DNA of 24,225 nt from a plasmid. The notes under the pieces are model-generated. The model made no database searches and was not told the DNA's origin. It saw nothing but the letters and a program-made list of their open reading frames with translations. Positions 9,620 through 18,744 of this stretch are shown in pieces; the first letter of the stretch is position 1; each line of letters begins with the position of its first letter. The translations under genes were made by a program, and so were the position numbers. The stretch lies in sequence record NZ_CP137227.1; one strand, 5' to 3'.

Positions 9620-9973
9620 CTAAGGAAGGTCTGAAAAAGCCCCCGCTCGAGAAATGCATCCCAGCAACCATGCGGGTTACAGAGCGGTGATTTCGCGAAA
9701 CATGGGCTTTTTCAGAGCTTCCTTAGCGTTACGATAAAGCTAGCATGGAAACGATAGGTGCAAGCAAGTTAAGGGTTGCATCGCGCATGTCAATCTAGGC
9801 TATACCCTAACTTGATGTCAGGCAGGGCCGCGCCGCTTCGTCAGAATAGAGTCTGCTTTCCCATTTTTTGACACATGCCCGCGAAGGTTATAGATTTCAG
9901 CCTGACAGAAATGGGCTTTGAGGCACAACGGAACAGAAAGTGCACTTAAGCCGCCTTCAACCAAGGAGACATC
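9620..9973 (+). promoter_or_regulatory. res site / tnpR promoter region of the Tn1721-like module (TGTCAGGC / GCCTGACAGA half-site-like motifs)
   Basis: Position between the IR and tnpR. TGTCA-containing inverted motifs sit at ~9805-9830 and ~9900-9915. Sub-sites not mapped. Confidence 0.55.
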
Positions 9974-10534
9974 GTGCAGGGGCACCGCATCGGCTACGTC
10001 CGGGTCAGCAGCTTTGACCAGAACCCGGAACGCCAGCTGGAACAAACCCAGGTGAGCAAGGTGTTCACCGACAAGGCATCGGGCAAGGACACCCAGCGCC
10101 CCCAGCTCGAAGCGCTGCTGAGCTTCGTCCGCGAAGGCGATACAGTGGTGGTGCACAGCATGGATCGGCTGGCCCGCAACCTCGATGACCTGCGTCGCTT
10201 GGTACAGAAGCTGACTCAGCGCGGCGTGCGCATCGAGTTCCTGAAGGAGGGCCTGGTGTTCACTGGCGAGGACTCGCCGATGGCCAACCTGATGCTGTCG
10301 GTGATGGGGGCCTTCGCTGAGTTCGAGCGCGCCCTGATCCGCGAGCGGCAGCGTGAGGGCATCGCCTTGGCCAAGCAGCGTGGCGCGTACCGGGGCCGCA
10401 AGAAAGCCCTGTCCGATGAGCAGGCTGCTACCCTGCGGCAGCGAGCGACGGCCGGCGAGCCCAAGGCGCAGCTTGCCCGCGAGTTCAACATCAGCCGGGA
10501 AACCCTCTACCAGTACCTCCGCACGGACGACTGA
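9974..10534 (+). CDS. tnpR: Resolvase TnpR of Tn1721/Tn21-subgroup transposon
   Basis: 186-aa serine recombinase (MQGHRIGYVRVSSFDQNPERQ...). It lies immediately upstream of, and co-oriented with, a 988-aa Tn3-family transposase. Confidence 0.9.
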   Translation: MQGHRIGYVRVSSFDQNPERQLEQTQVSKVFTDKASGKDTQRPQLEALLSFVREGDTVVVHSMDRLARNLDDLRRLVQKLTQRGVRIEFLKEGLVFTGEDSPMANLMLSVMGAFAEFERALIRERQREGIALAKQRGAYRGRKKALSDEQAATLRQRATAGEPKAQLAREFNISRETLYQYLRTDD

Positions 10535-10537
10535 CAC

Positions 10538-13504
10538 ATGCCGCGTCGCTTGATCCTCTCGGCCACGGAGCGGGACACCCTGCTTGCGCTGCCGGAAAGC
10601 CAGGATGACCTGATCCGCTACTACACCTTCAACGACTCCGACCTGTCGCTGATCCGCCAGCGACGCGGCGACGCCAACCGCCTCGGCTTCGCCGTGCAGC
10701 TCTGCCTGCTGCGCTACCCCGGTTACGCGCTGGGAACCGACAGCGAGCTGCCCGAGCCGGTCATCCTGTGGGTGGCGAAGCAAGTCCAGGCCGAGCCGGC
10801 GAGCTGGGCAAAGTACGGCGAGCGCGACGTGACCCGTCGCGAGCATGCCCAGGAACTGCGCACCTACCTGCAACTGGCCCCGTTCGGCCTGTCCGACTTC
10901 CGCGCCCTGGTGCGCGAGCTAACCGAGCTGGCCCAGCAGACCGACAAAGGCTTGCTGCTGGCCGGTCAGGCCCTGGAGAGCCTACGGCAGAAACGACGCA
11001 TCCTGCCGGCGCTGAGCGTGATTGACCGGGCCTGCTCGGAAGCCATTGCGCGAGCCAATCGGCGGGTCTACCGCGCCCTGGTCGAACCACTCACGGACTC
11101 GCATCGGGCCAAGCTGGACGAGCTGTTGAAGCTCAAGGCCGGCAGCAGCATCACCTGGTTGACCTGGCTGCGCCAGGCACCGCTGAAACCCAACTCTCGG
11201 CACATGCTGGAACACATCGAGCGGCTGAAGACATTTCAGTTGGTGGACTTGCCCGAAGGCCTGGGCCGGCACATCCACCAGAACCGCCTGCTCAAGCTGG
11301 CCCGCGAGGGTGGGCAGATGACGCCCAAAGACCTCGGTAAGTTCGAGCCGCAGCGCCGCTACGCGACCCTGGCCGCCGTGGTGCTGGAGAGCACCGCGAC
11401 CGTGATCGATGAGCTGGTCGATCTGCATGACCGCATCCTGGTCAAGCTGTTCAGCGGCGCGAAGCACAAGCATCAGCAGCAGTTCCAGAAGCAGGGCAAG
11501 GCGATCAACGACAAGGTGCGCCTGTACTCCAGGATCGGCCAGGCGCTGCTGGAAGCGAAGGAAAGCGGCAGCGACCCCTATGCCGCCATCGAGGCGGTGA
11601 TTCCCTGGGACGAGTTCACCGAGAGCGTCAGCGAGGCCGAGCTGCTGGCCCGGCCGGAAGGCTTCGACCACCTGCACCTGGTCGGCGAGAACTTCGCCAC
11701 CCTGCGCCGTTACACGCCGGCCTTGCTGGAGGTGCTGGAACTGCGCGCCGCGCCGGCCGCGCAAGGCGTGCTGGCAGCCGTGCAGACCCTGCGTGAGATG
11801 AACGCCGACAACCTGCGCAAGGTGCCGGCCGATGCACCCACGGCCTTCATCAAGCCGCGCTGGAAGCCGCTGGTGATCACCCCGGAAGGCCTCGACCGGA
11901 AATTCTACGAAATCTGCGCCCTGTCCGAGCTGAAGAACGCCCTGCGCTCCGGCGACATCTGGGTCAAGGGCTCGCGGCAGTTCCGCGACTTCGACGACTA
12001 CCTGCTGCCGGCCGAGAAGTTCGCCGCACTCAAGCGCGAGCAGGCCCTGCCCCTGGCGATCAACCCGAACAGCGACCAGTACCTGGAAGAGCGTTTGCAG
12101 CTGCTGGACGAGCAGTTGGCCACCGTCACCCGCCTGGCCAAGGACAACGAGCTGCCCGATGCCATCCTCACCGAGTCAGGGCTGAAAATCACCCCGCTGG
12201 ATGCGGCGGTGCCGGATCGGGCGCAGGCGCTGATCGACCAAACCAGCCAGTTACTGCCGCGCATCAAGATCACCGAACTGCTGATGGACGTGGACGACTG
12301 GACGGGCTTCAGCCGCCACTTCACCCACTTGAAGGACGGGGCCGAGGCCAAAGACAGGACGTTGCTGCTGTCCGCAATCCTCGGTGATGCGATCAACCTC
12401 GGGCTGACCAAGATGGCCGAGTCGAGCCCCGGCCTGACCTACGCCAAGCTGTCCTGGCTGCAAGCCTGGCACATCCGCGACGAAACCTATTCGGCGGCCT
12501 TGGCCGAGCTGGTCAACCACCAGTATCGCCACGCCTTTGCCGCCCACTGGGGCGACGGCACGACCTCATCCTCCGATGGCCAGCGCTTCCGCGCGGGTGG
12601 CCGGGGCGAGAGCACCGGGCACGTCAACCCGAAGTACGGTAGCGAGCCGGGACGGCTGTTCTATACCCATATCTCCGACCAGTACGCGCCGTTCAGCACC
12701 CGCGTGGTGAATGTCGGCGTCCGCGATTCCACCTATGTGCTCGACGGCCTGCTGTACCACGAGTCCGACCTGCGGATCGAGGAGCACTACACCGACACGG
12801 CCGGCTTCACCGATCACGTCTTTGCCCTGATGCACCTGCTAGGCTTCCGCTTCGCGCCGCGCATCCGCGACCTCGGCGAAACCAAGCTGTACGTGCCGCA
12901 GGGCGTGCAAGCCTACCCGACGTTGCGCCCGCTGATCGGCGGCACCCTGAACATCAAGCACGTGCGTGCCCACTGGGACGACATCCTGCGCCTGGCCAGC
13001 TCGATCAAGCAGGGCACCGTCACCGCCTCGCTGATGCTGCGCAAGCTCGGCAGCTACCCGCGCCAGAACGGACTGGCCGTGGCCCTGCGCGAGCTGGGCC
13101 GGATCGAGCGCACGCTGTTCATCCTGGACTGGCTGCAAAGTGTTGAACTGCGCCGCCGCGTGCATGCCGGCCTGAACAAAGGTGAGGCGCGCAACTCGCT
13201 GGCCAGGGCGGTGTTCTTCAACCGCCTTGGGGAAATCAGGGATCGGAGCTTCGAGCAGCAGCGCTACCGGGCCAGCGGCCTCAACCTGGTGACGGCGGCT
13301 ATCGTGCTGTGGAACACGGTGTACCTGGAACGCGCCACCCAGGGGTTGGTCGAGGCCGGCAAGCCGGTGGACGGCGAGCTGCTGCAATTCCTGTCGCCGC
13401 TGGGCTGGGAGCACATCAACCTAACCGGCGATTACGTCTGGCGGCAGAGCCGCAGACTGGAAGACGGGAAGTTTCGGCCCTTACGGATGCCCGGAAAACC
13501 TTAG
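10538..13504 (+). CDS. tnpA: Tn3-family transposase TnpA (988 aa), Tn1721-type
   Basis: Full-length 988-aa ORF. The stop codon TAG (13502-13504) lies inside the 38-bp terminal IR, as is typical for Tn3-family elements. Confidence 0.9.
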   Translation: MPRRLILSATERDTLLALPESQDDLIRYYTFNDSDLSLIRQRRGDANRLGFAVQLCLLRYPGYALGTDSELPEPVILWVAKQVQAEPASWAKYGERDVTRREHAQELRTYLQLAPFGLSDFRALVRELTELAQQTDKGLLLAGQALESLRQKRRILPALSVIDRACSEAIARANRRVYRALVEPLTDSHRAKLDELLKLKAGSSITWLTWLRQAPLKPNSRHMLEHIERLKTFQLVDLPEGLGRHIHQNRLLKLAREGGQMTPKDLGKFEPQRRYATLAAVVLESTATVIDELVDLHDRILVKLFSGAKHKHQQQFQKQGKAINDKVRLYSRIGQALLEAKESGSDPYAAIEAVIPWDEFTESVSEAELLARPEGFDHLHLVGENFATLRRYTPALLEVLELRAAPAAQGVLAAVQTLREMNADNLRKVPADAPTAFIKPRWKPLVITPEGLDRKFYEICALSELKNALRSGDIWVKGSRQFRDFDDYLLPAEKFAALKREQALPLAINPNSDQYLEERLQLLDEQLATVTRLAKDNELPDAILTESGLKITPLDAAVPDRAQALIDQTSQLLPRIKITELLMDVDDWTGFSRHFTHLKDGAEAKDRTLLLSAILGDAINLGLTKMAESSPGLTYAKLSWLQAWHIRDETYSAALAELVNHQYRHAFAAHWGDGTTSSSDGQRFRAGGRGESTGHVNPKYGSEPGRLFYTHISDQYAPFSTRVVNVGVRDSTYVLDGLLYHESDLRIEEHYTDTAGFTDHVFALMHLLGFRFAPRIRDLGETKLYVPQGVQAYPTLRPLIGGTLNIKHVRAHWDDILRLASSIKQGTVTASLMLRKLGSYPRQNGLAVALRELGRIERTLFILDWLQSVELRRRVHAGLNKGEARNSLARAVFFNRLGEIRDRSFEQQRYRASGLNLVTAAIVLWNTVYLERATQGLVEAGKPVDGELLQFLSPLGWEHINLTGDYVWRQSRRLEDGKFRPLRMPGKP

Positions 13505-13537
13505 CGTACGATTTTTTCCGAATTCTGCGGGCTCCCC
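13500..13537 (-). repeat. 38-bp Tn1721-type terminal IR (tnpA-proximal)
   Basis: cttagcgtacgattttttccgaattctgcgggctcccc is the reverse complement of GGGGAGCCCGCAGAATTCGGAAAAAATCGTACGCTAAG. Confidence 0.85.
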
Positions 13538-13802
13538 TTAATGACCAGCACAGTCGTGATGGCAAGGTCAGAATAGCGCTGAGGTCTGCCTCGTGAAGAA
13601 GGTGTTGCTGACTCATACCAGGCCTGAATAGCTTCATCATCCAGCCAGAAAGTTATGGAGCCACGGTTGATGAGGGCTTTATTGTAGGTGGGCCAGTTGG
13701 TTATTTTGAACTTTTGCTTTGCCACGGAACGGTCTGCGTTGTCGGGAAGATGCGTGATCTGATCCTTCAACTCAGCAAAAGTTCGATTTATTCAACAAAG
13801 CC
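13538..13802 (-). mobile_element. Remnant of an IS903/ISKpn26-like (IS5 family) element: terminal IR GGCTTTGTTGAATAAATCG (13784-13802, minus) plus the first ~65 codons of the transposase, truncated by the Tn1721-type IR
   Basis: The ORF 13501..13770 (minus strand) translates ...AKQKFKITNWPTYNKALINRGSITFWLDDEAIQAWYESATPSSRGRPQRYSDLAITTVLVIK and then runs into IR sequence. The IS903-type IR is read at the outer end. Confidence 0.75.
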
Positions 13803-13959
13803 CATTCAGTCCTCAATTTGTGCATTTTTTAAACGAAAAAAGGGTGTCTAATACGGTGAAATCATAGTATTACCAAAGTAATAAATAAAAAGTTATTTAA
13901 ATCAGTAATTTAGATTTGATTTGTAATACCTGGGTAATACCGCAGCATGGCTAAATTTT

Positions 13960-14128
13960 GTTTTTTTTCTTTTAAATCAGTGCGATAGCGTGATTTATCA
14001 CGCTGCGTTAGGTGTATAGCAGGTTAAGGGATAAAAAATCATCTTTTTTGGTAGGGGCGATCTACGTAGGTTAAGGACTAACTGGCTAAAAAGCGTTCAA
14101 TATTCCGTATTCATGCTTGCATGAATAC
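13960..14128 (+). promoter_or_regulatory. Candidate oriT (MOBF/R388-like): 8-bp hairpin AGCGTGAT-TT-ATCACGCT (13987-14004) followed 11 nt later by GTGT|ATAGC (predicted nic between 14015 and 14016), two GGTTAAGG(G/A) repeats and an IR GTATTCATG-cttg-CATGAATAC
   Basis: Compared from memory with the R388 oriT (IR2 ...GTGCG TATTGTCT|ATAGCCCAGATTTAAGGA...TTTTAAGGA). The AT-rich setting and position next to stbABC match MOBF11 plasmids. Confidence 0.5.
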
Positions 14129-14277
14129 CAGTACAACAAAAGTACATCAAAATTACATCAAAATTACATCACTTGAAGGTTGACAGTACAACAAAATTAC
14201 ATCATTCTTTGGTCATGAGGTAGCCAGTACAACAAAAGTACATCAAAAGTACATCAAAATTACATCAAAATTACATC
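14129..14277. repeat. stbDR-like arrays: two sets of 4-5 tandem 11-bp repeats (K)TACA(A/T)CAAAA flanking a -35 TTGACA, immediately upstream of stbA
   Basis: Set 1 at 14129-14170 and set 2 at 14225-14277 are read directly; an extra pair lies at 14185-14204. They resemble the R388 StbA-binding stbDR repeats in organisation. Confidence 0.6.
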
Positions 14278-14295
14278 ATTCTAAATGAGGGTACT

Positions 14296-14715
14296 ATGAA
14301 GCCCAAAAGTATCAGGGCGGCACTTCAGTTGATGTTGCCGGAAATAGAAGAAATGCTGTCACTGGGAGTTTCCAGGGAGGAAATTTATAAGGCAGTTTCT
14401 GAACGCTTCGGCCTGGAAGGTGTGAACGTTCGTAGCTTTGATACGTCCCTATATAGAGCGCGGCAAATCCGGAAAAATGGAATGCACAATACACATGAAA
14501 GGATGCCGAACAATGATGATAGTGTATTGCACAATACACAAAAAGGAGGTAGCGAGAAAGGTGCAGAGGAAAGTGTATTGCACAATACACAAACGCCGCC
14601 TGAGCCTGAACCGCAAGGAAGTGAAAAAAAAGAAAGTCCCGGCATTATTGATAAAGAGTTCTTCAATAAAATCAGTGAAGATTTCGACCCTAAGATGTTC
14701 AATAAAAAATTCTGA
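14296..14715 (+). CDS. stbA: StbA-like centromere/oriT-binding protein (139 aa): N-terminal HTH-like domain, C-terminal low-complexity tail with SVLHNTQ repeats
   Basis: First gene of a three-gene operon downstream of the 11-bp repeats. RBS GAGGG is 6 nt upstream. Assigned from operon context by analogy to R388/pKM101 stbABC. Confidence 0.55.
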   Translation: MKPKSIRAALQLMLPEIEEMLSLGVSREEIYKAVSERFGLEGVNVRSFDTSLYRARQIRKNGMHNTHERMPNNDDSVLHNTQKGGSEKGAEESVLHNTQTPPEPEPQGSEKKESPGIIDKEFFNKISEDFDPKMFNKKF

Positions 14716-14723
14716 GGTGATTT

Positions 14724-15440
14724 ATGAAAGTAGCGGTAATTAATTACAGTGGCAGCGTTGGTAAAACCTTAATTTCATCCTACCTGTTAGCCCCGCGTCT
14801 GACTGGAGCAAAATTCTATGCGGTTGAAACTATCAACCAGTCTGCTTCCGATCTGGGGATTGAGAATGTTTCCATTTTTAAAGGTGATGACTTTTCACGG
14901 TTGATTGAAGATATTGTTTTTGAAGATGCCGGGATTATTGATATTGGTGCGTCAAACGTAGAAGCGTTCCTGATGGCAATGTCCCGCTTTGACAGTGGCG
15001 CGAATGAATTTGATAAGTATGTAATCCCGGTTACGCCTGATAATAAGGCCATTGATGAAAGCCTGAAAACAGCACATACGTTAAGTAAGGCAGGTGTAAG
15101 CAGCGATAAAATCATCTTTGTTCCAAACCGCATTAGTCCAGATAGTGAAGTAGAGGATGTACTGGCGCCGGTATTTGAATTTGTCAAACGAACGAAAGTT
15201 GGCAAAATCAGCAAGAAATCTGTTATTTATAACAGTGAAGTTTTCGAATATCTCGCGTATCACCGTATCTCATTCGAAGCATTGACCGCTGAAGATCCAG
15301 AAGAATTTAAAGCCCGCGCTAAACAAACAACGGATGCTGACGAGCGCAAAAAACTGGCCCGCCGTTATACCTACATGAAACAGGCAATTCCTGTTAAAGC
15401 TAATCTCGATAAAGCATATGCGGCTTTAATGGGAGAATAA
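14724..15440 (+). CDS. stbB: StbB-like P-loop-like partition/stability ATPase (238 aa)
   Basis: N-terminal MKVAVINYSGSVGKTL is a deviant P-loop-like motif. Second gene of the operon. Confidence 0.55.
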   Translation: MKVAVINYSGSVGKTLISSYLLAPRLTGAKFYAVETINQSASDLGIENVSIFKGDDFSRLIEDIVFEDAGIIDIGASNVEAFLMAMSRFDSGANEFDKYVIPVTPDNKAIDESLKTAHTLSKAGVSSDKIIFVPNRISPDSEVEDVLAPVFEFVKRTKVGKISKKSVIYNSEVFEYLAYHRISFEALTAEDPEEFKARAKQTTDADERKKLARRYTYMKQAIPVKANLDKAYAALMGE

Positions 15441-15441
15441 A

Positions 15442-15810
15442 ATGGAAAAGCAGCCAGATAAATTTGAAGTTCTGATGGATTGGTTTTTAGGTGACGCGAA
15501 GGAAATCACCGCAAGTCAGAAAGAAATGACTGAGATACTTTCTGCGCTTTCGGAAAAGCTGGCAAAAGACACCGAAAGTTTAGGAGAGACGGCAGACTCT
15601 CTTAAACGGACTTTAGTAGAAAACCAGCGTTCAATTAGCCTGGCAATTAGTGATGATGCTAAGGCGCGTGAGGAATTTCTGACGAAGTTCCGCCGCGCGC
15701 AGGCGTCCAGAGCTGAGACGTTAACCCGTCAGATCCTTTTTATTACAGCTGGCTGCACTATTGTGGGCGCCGCCGTGGGTGCCGCGATAGCCATAATTCT
15801 ACTGAGATAA
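15442..15810 (+). CDS. stbC: StbC-like protein (122 aa) with C-terminal hydrophobic segment
   Basis: ATG overlaps the stbB stop (TAAAATG). Followed by a strong rho-independent terminator. Confidence 0.5.
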   Translation: MEKQPDKFEVLMDWFLGDAKEITASQKEMTEILSALSEKLAKDTESLGETADSLKRTLVENQRSISLAISDDAKAREEFLTKFRRAQASRAETLTRQILFITAGCTIVGAAVGAAIAIILLR

Positions 15811-15816
15811 TGTAAA

Positions 15817-15839
15817 CCGGGCATGTCCCGGTTTTTTTT
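15817..15839 (+). terminator. Rho-independent terminator CCGGG-catgt-CCCGG + T8 after stbC
   Basis: Read directly. Confidence 0.8.
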
Positions 15840-15840
15840 C

Positions 15841-15956
15841 AAGCGAAGCGCGGAGGCCGCAGGCCGGAGGCATTAGTGGCCGCCGCCCGAAGGGGCGAGA
15901 CGCGTAGCGGCTCGATGCGCAGCACGGCAGAACGGCCCCGCAGGGGTAATGCCCGG
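15841..15956 (+). repeat. GC-rich structured element copy A (~116 bp)
   Basis: Shares the core GGGCGAGACGCGTAGCGGCTCGATGCGCAGCACGGCAGAACGGCCCCG-CA-GGGG with copies at 17465-17577 and 18745-18866. Its ends pair (GGCATTA / TAATGCC). Confidence 0.7.
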
Positions 15957-15991
15957 TTTAATTCAACGTGACAGTCACGTGGAGGAAAAAT

Positions 15992-16336
15992 ATGAATGAC
16001 CGACAGCGTGAACAAGCCCGTATTCGCCAGGCCCGGCGCCGCGCGCGACTCAAAGAGGAAGGCGCTAGCGTGACAGTCACGCTAACAAAACAGGAAGAAG
16101 CAATGTTACAGGAGCTTTGCCGGGTTCGTCGTCCAGGACGAACAGCCTATTCCACGAATGAGTTTTTCCAACTGCTGCTGATCCGAAACTGGCAACAGTG
16201 GCAGGAGCAAAAGGCGCAGCTGGGGAAATGCCAGGCTTGCGGAAAGCTGAAAGCGGAGGGAGGTTGCGGCGGCGAACGGCAGAGCGAAACCTTTAACTGC
16301 TGGCTAGCCGTCGAAGCAAACGAGCTTAATGTGTAG
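15992..16336 (+). CDS. Ribbon-helix-helix-like DNA-binding protein (115 aa from ATG 15992; basic N-tail RIRQARRRARLKEEG, beta-strand ASVTVTLTK, helix EEAMLQELCRV; C-terminal CxxC...GGCGG)
   Basis: RBS GGAGG is 8 nt upstream of the ATG; the ORF-track start at 15968 is an upstream GTG. The palindrome CGTGACAGTCACG sits at its RBS (15968-15982) and again inside the gene (16066-16082). Confidence 0.5.
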   Translation: MNDRQREQARIRQARRRARLKEEGASVTVTLTKQEEAMLQELCRVRRPGRTAYSTNEFFQLLLIRNWQQWQEQKAQLGKCQACGKLKAEGGCGGERQSETFNCWLAVEANELNV

Positions 16337-16446
16337 TGTATTGTGCTATACAGAAATTGCCAAAAGCAGCGCGGAGTAATAACTGAAACGGCCGCGCAGC
16401 GGAAAGAAAAAAGCCCGGTCAATCCGGGTTTTTTTCTTTCGGCGGC

Positions 16447-16767
16447 TCAGTAATCGTCTAGATCTCCGCAGCCCAGCGGGCAACAATTACGCTCAATACC
16501 GTGGCTGCAATAATCGTTTTCCCGATCCTGCCGGATTTCTTCCGCGATCTCGTCTTGGGTCAGATAGTCAAATTCACGCCGCGCTACCGCGATCAGTTCT
16601 TCCCGATACTCGGCCGGAACGCCAGCAAGATAGCCGTCAATAACCGCGCTCAGGCGGCGCTGATACAGTTCATAAATCAGGCCGCAGCGGGGCTGCTGTT
16701 CGCGCGCAAAACTCTCACACTGGCGACGAAAATCTTCAAGAGTCTGCTCAAGGGTTTGTGTGGTCAT
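16447..16767 (-). CDS. Hypothetical acidic protein (106 aa) with C-terminal Cys cluster (CSHGIERNCCPLGCG)
   Basis: ORF downstream of, and co-oriented with, the 59-aa orf driven by CUP1. Confidence 0.45.
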   Translation of the reverse strand: MTTQTLEQTLEDFRRQCESFAREQQPRCGLIYELYQRRLSAVIDGYLAGVPAEYREELIAVARREFDYLTQDEIAEEIRQDRENDYCSHGIERNCCPLGCGDLDDY

Positions 16768-16822
16768 GTCGTTTGTCCTCGATCTTTCTGTTAAAGACCC
16801 GGCTTGGCCGGGTCGTCAGTGC

Positions 16823-17001
16823 TATTTAGTTTGTTGCAGCAGCTGGTCTAATTTTGCCGCCAGTGCATACGTCGATGTGAAAGCGCCTTGCAGGCGCTGA
16901 TTAGGCAGCTGGTTGAACGCTTCGAGGCAGGCGCGCAGCAATAATTCTTTCTGAGATTCGACTTCTTTTTTCAGCTGGGAAGGGGTGGTAACAGTGGTCA
17001 T
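16823..17001 (-). CDS. Small hypothetical protein (59 aa, MTTVTTPSQLKKEVESQKELLLRACLEAFNQLPNQRLQGAFTSTYALAAKLDQLLQQTK), first gene downstream of CUP1 promoter
   Basis: Hand-translated. Strong RBS AAGGAG 6 nt upstream of the ATG. Below the ORF-track cutoff. Confidence 0.5.
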
Positions 17002-17019
17002 GCTTACTCCTTAGTGATC

Positions 17020-17460
17020 CGATACCGGCAATTTTTCGGGTGGCGGTATTGCCTCCCGATGATTTAATTATCGGTGATTACGCCTTTAAAGTCAATACAA
17101 GTACGGAATTTATTTACATGTTTTTATGCCCGTCAGGGCATGGAAGGCGACCGCGCCGGACTCCACCGGACACCGGCCGCAAATCGCCGGAAACTGCGGG
17201 ACTGACCGGAGCAACAGGCCAACCCCCCTTCCTGCTAAGCCATAACCCAGCCCGCCGCCACGCAGCTGCCGCACGTCCCCCACGGGGGTGCGCAGTGGGC
17301 GCCGCGCGCCTGCGCGCGGGTACAGCGGCCCGCCTGCGGGTCGCGGCGCCGTACTGCGAGTTAGCGGCCGCCGCGCGGCCGGTTACGGGGGACACCGCAC
17401 CGTCACGGCCAGCGCCCCGCTGAGCTGCACAATCCACGGATAACACAATAGCGCACTGGC
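17020..17460 (-). promoter_or_regulatory. CUP1: ~440-bp conserved upstream (CUP) cassette of IncN plasmids; sigma70 promoter on minus strand (-35 TTGACT, 17-bp spacer, -10 GATAAT, at ~17050-17095) plus ~330-bp GC-rich body
   Basis: Near-identical to 18250-18690. A shortened copy is at 20280-20525 and a divergent inverted copy at 1095-1432. The six-frame ORFs within it (17040..17423 plus strand, 17114..17446 minus strand, 17383..17634 minus strand) are artefacts. Confidence 0.75.
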
Positions 17461-17464
17461 AAAG

Positions 17465-17577
17465 GATGCCGACGCCTGAAGGGCGTTGGCACCCCGAAGG
17501 GGCGGGGCGAGACGGGAACCGGCTCGATGCGCAGCACAGCAGAGCGGCCCCGAAGGGGTAACGCCCTGTGTGGCATC
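17465..17577 (+). repeat. GC-rich structured element copy B (~113 bp), abutting the GC-rich end of CUP1
   Basis: Same core as copy A. Its ends pair (GATGCC / GGCATC and GGGCGTT / AACGCCC). Confidence 0.7.
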
Positions 17578-17699
17578 AGGATTTAGCGCAATGGCAGAAC
17601 ATGAGCTGGAGAGATCACCGGCAAGCAGCAGCAAAGGGGCGGCGCAGCCGCCCAGATGGCTGTTTGCCGATACCGGCGATTAATTAGAGCGGTGTTTAA

Positions 17700-17722
17700 T
17701 ATCCCCCGCGTGGCGGGGGACT
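17700..17722 (-). terminator. Hairpin TCCCCCGC-gtg-GCGGGGGA just 3' of ardA (minus strand), followed by A/T-rich tract
   Basis: Read directly. Confidence 0.4.
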
Positions 17723-17727
17723 AGGTT

Positions 17728-18237
17728 TCAGCAAGTCATGTTAAATACGTGTCCGTCATGTAAACTGAAATCCCCAATAAACAGATCCCGCGCATAGGCT
17801 ACGATGTCAAAATATCGGGCTACGGATTCAGGAATTTCATTCAGTAGACCGCTATCATTCAGGTATTCCTCTGCAAAAGTTTCTTCGTCCTTAGCTTCGC
17901 CCATATAGGCATCTCTAAACAGGTCGAAATCAGTGCTATTAAACAGATCAACAAAGGCCACAAACGCCGCTTCGTTTCCTTCCTCGCGGGCTTGTTTAAA
18001 GCCGTTAATAAAATCCCAGTTGATATGGCACTCTGACGCCATATCAGACGGAATACCCTCCCAATCCTGGAACATAAATTCTGGATCAGCCTCATTTGCG
18101 TGTAACTCGCGGCAGCGCTCGTAAAACTCCTCTGAGCTATCAAAATCGGTCAGATCGAGCCAGGCTCCCGCAATGCTTCCGCAGTTGTATTTATGGTAAG
18201 TGCCAACATAAACAGAAGGGGTCGTAATATCAGTCAT
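17728..18237 (-). CDS. ardA: Antirestriction protein ArdA (169 aa, highly acidic; type I RM DNA-mimic)
   Basis: MTDITTPSVYVGTYHKYNCGSIAGAWLDLTDF... matches the ArdA family N-terminus. Located in the IncN leading region, downstream of CUP2. Confidence 0.85.
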   Translation of the reverse strand: MTDITTPSVYVGTYHKYNCGSIAGAWLDLTDFDSSEEFYERCRELHANEADPEFMFQDWEGIPSDMASECHINWDFINGFKQAREEGNEAAFVAFVDLFNSTDFDLFRDAYMGEAKDEETFAEEYLNDSGLLNEIPESVARYFDIVAYARDLFIGDFSLHDGHVFNMTC

Positions 18238-18249
18238 GGTGTACTCCTT

Positions 18250-18690
18250 AAAGCGCCGATACCGGCAATTTTTCGGGCGGCGGTATTGCCTCCCGATGAT
18301 TTAATTATCGGTGATTACGCCTTTAAAGTCAATACAAGTACGGAATTTATTTACATGTTTTTATGCCCGTCAGGGCATGGAAGGCGACCGCGCCGGACTC
18401 CACCGGACACCGGCCGCAAATCGCCGGAAACTGCGGGACTGACCGGAGCAACAGGCCAACCCCCCTTCCTGCTAAGCCATAACCCAGCCCGCCGCCACGC
18501 AGCTGCCGCACGTCCCCCACGGGGGTGCGCAGTGGGCGCCGCGCGCCTGCGCGCGGGTACGGCGGCCCGCCTGCGGGTCGCGGCGCCGTACTGCGAGTTA
18601 GCGGCCGCCGCGCGGCCGGTTACGGGGGACACCGCACCGTCACGGCCAGCGCCCCACTGAGCTGCACAATCCACGGATAATGCAGGAGAC
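18250..18690 (-). promoter_or_regulatory. CUP2 (full-length copy), promoter driving ardA
   Basis: Essentially identical to CUP1, including the TTGACT-17-GATAAT promoter (~18300-18345) and the CCGATACCGGC boundary motif. Confidence 0.75.
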
Positions 18691-18744
18691 GAATCATGAT
18701 AGGAGGCTGAAGGGGAAATGAGCGGCAGCAGGGGAAGGGGTTGC

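Noticed and set aside
9818-13414. Large minus-strand ORFs (9818..10873, 10982..11764, 11998..12411, 12839..13414 and others)
   Set aside because: They are antisense to the Tn1721-type tnpR/tnpA in high-GC DNA and have no independent support.
14129-14290. The 11-bp direct-repeat arrays considered as a CRISPR array or as replication iterons
   Set aside because: The units are contiguous, with no spacers. They sit in the stbA promoter beside oriT and are best explained as stbDR-type StbA binding sites.
14312-14743. ORFs 14312..14590 (minus strand), 14385..14702 (minus strand) and 14438..14743 (plus strand) overlapping stbA
   Set aside because: They are alternative frames through the palindrome-repeat region inside stbA. 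The stbA frame has the RBS and operon context.
17859-18143. 94-aa minus-strand-frame and 63-aa plus-strand ORFs inside ardA
   Set aside because: They overlap ardA, which is well supported, in other frames.
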